From Caedimonas varicaedens (GTDB lineage: Bacteria > Pseudomonadota > Alphaproteobacteria > Caedimonadales > Caedimonadaceae), in NCBI GenBank assembly GCA_001192655.1, contig BBVC01000053.1, positions 1 through 9,649 of the forward strand: a stretch of 9,649 nucleotides of DNA, in the 5' to 3' direction. Within the stretch, counting starts at the first letter, position 1; the number at the start of each line of letters is the position of its first letter. Under the pieces are notes generated by a model, which was not told the origin of the DNA, made no database searches, and saw only the letters and a list, made by a program, of their open reading frames with translations. The position numbers and the translations under genes are program-made. Shown piece by piece: positions 7,057 to 9,649 of this stretch.

Positions 7057-7950
7057 GTGATGTTTCGGGTGTTCTTTTTCCTGTTGTATTGTACCGTTTT
7101 TTCTTCTTTTGGGTATGCGTATAAAATAGTGGCATCGATTCCGCCCGTTGCAAGTCTTGTGCGTGCCATTGCCGGTGAAAATGTATCGGTTGATCTTTTG
7201 GTGGACAATTCTGTATCCCCTCATGTTTATTCTTTAAAGCCCAGTGATTTGCGCAAGCTGGACGCGGCTGATGTGGTTTTTTGGATTGGCCCCGGTTATG
7301 AGGCTTTTCTTTCAAAGACCCTGGAAAACTATGAACAGAAAAGTGTGAAACTGATGCAAGCGCCGGGTGTGCAGATTTACCCTCTGCGTTCGCTGGATGA
7401 TCATGAGGGGGGGTGCCCTGATTGTGCGTCGGACTCTCTTGCGCAGGATGGCCATATCTGGCTTGATCCTGATAATGGTTTTCATATGGCTGAAGAAATT
7501 ACAAAATATTTGATCAGGCTTGATCCTATCCAGCAGGAAAAGTACGAAAATCGGCTCCAGAAAATGAAAGAAAGTCTGGAAAAAACAAAAAAAGAAATCC
7601 AGAGCCAGTTAAAACCCTATGAAGACCAAGGTTTTTTAACACTTCATGATGGTTACCAATACTTTGAAAAAGCCTTTCATCTGAAGGCAGGACAGGCGAT
7701 GTCTCTTATTCCGGACGTGTCTCCCAGTGCCAAAAGATTATTTTTTCTGAAAGATCTTGTGCGTTCAAATAATATCCAATGTCTTTTTGCTGAGTCACAA
7801 TTTTCGCCGCGGCTCGTCAAAACTTTGTCTGAGGAAACCAGAGTAAGGATTGGCATGTTGGATCCGCTGGGGACATCACAGATGACATATGACGAGCTTT
7901 TACTCTCTCTTGCAAAATCATTTTCTGCTTGCCTGGGAAAACCATCTTGA
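7057..7950 (+). CDS. znuA: Zinc ABC transporter periplasmic substrate-binding protein ZnuA (cluster A-I SBP)
   Basis: The 297-aa ORF has a signal peptide (MMFRVFFFLLYCTVFSSFGYA). ZnuA-type blocks are present: IVASIPPVASLVRAIAG, SPHVYSLKPSD, ADVVFWIGPGYEAFL, GHIWLDP, LHDGYQYF and CLFAESQFSPRLVKTL...RIGMLDPLG. The three His-ligand contexts (PHVY, GHIW, LHDGY) are conserved. The start is GTG 7057 or the adjacent ATG 7060, which I cannot resolve. The stop is TGA 7948-7950. Confidence 0.85.
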   Translation: MMFRVFFFLLYCTVFSSFGYAYKIVASIPPVASLVRAIAGENVSVDLLVDNSVSPHVYSLKPSDLRKLDAADVVFWIGPGYEAFLSKTLENYEQKSVKLMQAPGVQIYPLRSLDDHEGGCPDCASDSLAQDGHIWLDPDNGFHMAEEITKYLIRLDPIQQEKYENRLQKMKESLEKTKKEIQSQLKPYEDQGFLTLHDGYQYFEKAFHLKAGQAMSLIPDVSPSAKRLFFLKDLVRSNNIQCLFAESQFSPRLVKTLSEETRVRIGMLDPLGTSQMTYDELLLSLAKSFSACLGKPS

Positions 7951-8720
7951 CCCGCTTTCAACCTAAACTTGCCTTTGTCTCTGCTTCTTCTAAGCAAGCC
8001 AGAGAAGCGCGACGCGCGCTGGAGAAACTTTATCCTTCTGTACCCTTGAAAGAGGCCGATATTATTGTTGCATTGGGGGGAGATGGATTTTTATTACATC
8101 TTCTGAAATCGAACATGTCTCTTCAAATTCCTGTTTATGGAATGAATTTGGGGACAGTTGGTTTTCTGATGAATCCCTATCATGTAAAAAGCCTTTATGA
8201 GCGTCTTGAAAAAGCGTTGAGCGTTAAACTTCATCCTCTTAAAATGACGGTGCTGACCCAGCAAGGGAAATATGAAACGGCCCTTGCCCTCAATGAAGTC
8301 TCTCTGTTGCGCCAAACTCATCAGGCAGCAAAAATCAAAATCGTTATTGACCAGGTTGTGCGTTTGCCCGAATTGGTCTGTGATGGCGTTCTTTTATCAA
8401 CTCCTGCGGGAAGCACAGCTTATAATCTTTCTGCTCATGGCCCCATTCTTCCCCTGAATTCTGAACTTCTTGCTCTTACGCCTATTTGTCCTTTTCGTCC
8501 ACGTCGTTGGCGAGGCGCCTTGCTTCCTTTTATATCCCGTGTACAATTTAAAATATTGGAAGCAGAAAAGCGTTCCGTCAGCGCGGTTGCAGACTCTATA
8601 GAAGTGCGCAACGTTACGGAGGTAGAAATTTATTTGGAAAAAAACATTGCTTCCACTCTACTTTTTGATTCTGGACACGCTCTTGATGAACGTATTTTAC
8701 GGGAACAATTTTCTGTTTAA
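7947..8720 (+). CDS. nadK: NAD kinase (NadK/PpnK)
   Basis: The motifs GGDGFLLH, NLGTVGFL, NEVSLLR and DGVLLSTPAGSTAYNLSAHGPILP are present, along with a PICPFRPRRW region typical of alphaproteobacterial NAD kinases. There is no ATG upstream of the conserved core. Candidate starts are TTG 7929 (the track call, 263 aa) and TTG 7947 (257 aa). TTG 7947 shares 2 nt with the znuA TGA stop (TTGA) and has GGGA about 9 nt upstream. I list 7947, but the start is uncertain. Confidence 0.88.
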   Translation: MTRFQPKLAFVSASSKQAREARRALEKLYPSVPLKEADIIVALGGDGFLLHLLKSNMSLQIPVYGMNLGTVGFLMNPYHVKSLYERLEKALSVKLHPLKMTVLTQQGKYETALALNEVSLLRQTHQAAKIKIVIDQVVRLPELVCDGVLLSTPAGSTAYNLSAHGPILPLNSELLALTPICPFRPRRWRGALLPFISRVQFKILEAEKRSVSAVADSIEVRNVTEVEIYLEKNIASTLLFDSGHALDERILREQFSV

Positions 8721-8768
8721 ATTGTCTCTCGAGTAGAGCGATAATAATAATTAACAGGAGAGAGGCAA

Positions 8769-9623
8769 ATGCTGAAAGGGAAAGTCGCTATTGTCACGGG
8801 ATCGACCAGTGGCATTGGATTGGGAATTGTTCACGAGCTTGCCCGCAAGGGATGTCGCGTGATGCTGAATGGTTTCGGTGATAAGGGAGAAATTGAAAAA
8901 TTGCGCGTGAATCTTCAATCAGAATTTAATATCGAGATTGAGTATTCTCCTGCCGATATGTCAAAATCAGCGCAAATTCAAGAGATGGTTTCTGAATTTA
9001 ATATCGAGATTGAGTATTCTCCTGCCGATATGTCAAAATCAGCGCAAATTCAAGAGATGGTTTCTGAAACGGAAAAAAAACTTGGCTCTGTTGATATCCT
9101 CGTTAACAATGCCGGGATACAATTTACAGCGCCTGTAGAAAATTTTCCTGCGGAAAAATGGGAAGCTATTTTATCTATCAATCTTTCCGCAGCTTTTTAT
9201 GCCATACAAGCTGCTCTGCCAGGCATTCAAAAGCGCGGTTGGGGACGAATTATCAATATTGCCTCAGCGCATGGACTGGTTGCCTCTCCTCATAAAGCGG
9301 CCTATGTCGCGGCGAAACATGGACTTGTTGGTCTTACAAAAGTTGTGGCTCTTGAGAATGCAAAAGCTAATATTACCTGTAATGCCATTTGTCCTGGCTG
9401 GGTTCATACACCTCTTGTCCAGAAACAAATTACCGATCGGGCGGCACAGGAAGGTATCAGCGTTGAAAAAGCTACGATAGAGTTACTCAGCGAAAAACAG
9501 CCTTCTCTCAAGTTTGTCCAAACTGAACAAATTGGACAAATGGTTGTTTTTCTATGTAGTGATGCAGGAAGTTCAATCACAGGAACAACCCTGTCCATGG
9601 ATGGGGGATGGACGGCACAATAA
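8769..9623 (+). CDS. bdhA: 3-hydroxybutyrate dehydrogenase (classical SDR), carrying a 24-aa internal tandem duplication
   Basis: There is end-to-end resemblance to bacterial BdhA. Shared elements are MLKGKVAIVTGSTSGIGLGI (TGxxxGIG), NNAGIQ, IINIASAHGLVASPHKAAYVAAKHG (Ser and YxxxK), NAICPGWVHTPLV, LSEKQPSLKFV and ITGTTLSMDGGWTAQ. An AGGAGAGAGG Shine-Dalgarno precedes ATG 8769. The ORF is 284 aa, against roughly 260 aa for typical BdhA. The excess equals the duplicated segment. Confidence 0.9.
   Translation: MLKGKVAIVTGSTSGIGLGIVHELARKGCRVMLNGFGDKGEIEKLRVNLQSEFNIEIEYSPADMSKSAQIQEMVSEFNIEIEYSPADMSKSAQIQEMVSETEKKLGSVDILVNNAGIQFTAPVENFPAEKWEAILSINLSAAFYAIQAALPGIQKRGWGRIINIASAHGLVASPHKAAYVAAKHGLVGLTKVVALENAKANITCNAICPGWVHTPLVQKQITDRAAQEGISVEKATIELLSEKQPSLKFVQTEQIGQMVVFLCSDAGSSITGTTLSMDGGWTAQ
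8922..9065 (+). repeat. Perfect head-to-tail tandem duplication, 2 x 72 bp (8922-8993 and 8994-9065), in frame within bdhA
   Basis: A base-by-base comparison shows both copies read gaatttaatatcgagattgagtattctcctgccgatatgtcaaaatcagcgcaaattcaagagatggtttct (72/72 identical). Each copy encodes EFNIEIEYSPADMSKSAQIQEMVS. The sequence after copy 2 restarts with GAA (3-nt microhomology) and then diverges. Confidence 0.97.
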
Positions 9624-9649
9624 CTTGAAACGTAAAGAATCTATTCTGA

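Noticed and set aside
1813-9598. Nested or antisense track ORFs inside the assigned genes. The list is 1813..2061-, 2018..2218+, 2479..2901+, 2894..3088+, 3132..3374+, 3194..3562-, 3277..3468-, 4010..4273-, 4709..4894+, 4945..5163-, 4952..5224-, 5246..5461-, 5694..6017+, 5950..6180+, 6753..6950-, 6991..7224-, 7025..7315-, 7677..7997-, 8094..8321-, 8272..8457+, 8938..9138+, 9199..9480+ and 9404..9598-.
   Set aside because: Each overlaps a gene with strong family signatures. Their translations are compositionally odd (Arg/Cys/Ser-rich or low complexity) and lack recognisable motifs or an RBS. ORF 8938..9138 merely reads the bdhA duplication out of frame, which explains its internal peptide repeat.
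1-9649. Looked for CRISPR repeats, tRNA T-loop or anticodon-arm signatures, IS terminal inverted repeats, integrase or transposase genes, and defence-system genes
   Set aside because: None found. The only exact repeat of note is the 72-bp duplication in bdhA, and all large ORFs are accounted for by housekeeping families or the two hypothetical secreted proteins.

Overview
This window looks like ordinary chromosomal housekeeping DNA, moderately AT-rich by eye. From protein similarity and sdhCDAB gene order, it is probably from an alphaproteobacterium, possibly host-associated; this is inference only. Two gene blocks diverge from a 93-bp gap at 6535-6627. The minus-strand block is sdhC-sdhD-sdhA-sdhB-ubiG-EamA transporter (6534 down to 1271). 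The plus-strand block is a small secreted protein, znuA, nadK and bdhA (6628-9623). At the left end, a 266-codon minus-strand open frame (798 down to 1) runs off the window edge. It is missing from the supplied ORF track and appears to encode a signal-peptide protein of unknown family. A ~470-bp AT-rich non-coding stretch (799-1270) separates it from the EamA gene. I see no rRNA, tRNA, CRISPR array, IS or transposase, integrase, toxin-antitoxin pair or recognisable defence system, and I cannot support a claim of a novel multi-gene system here. The points worth a second look are local. (1) bdhA contains a perfect 72-bp in-frame tandem duplication. (2) The edge-truncated secreted ORF has no recognisable family. 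(3) An orphan 113-aa cysteine-containing secreted protein lies just upstream of znuA. (4) ZnuA has a short acidic CPDC-containing loop where a His-rich loop is usual, and no znuBC is adjacent. (5) nadK has no usable ATG start and overlaps the znuA stop. (6) A short minus-strand ORF in the non-coding stretch is interrupted by an in-frame TGA.
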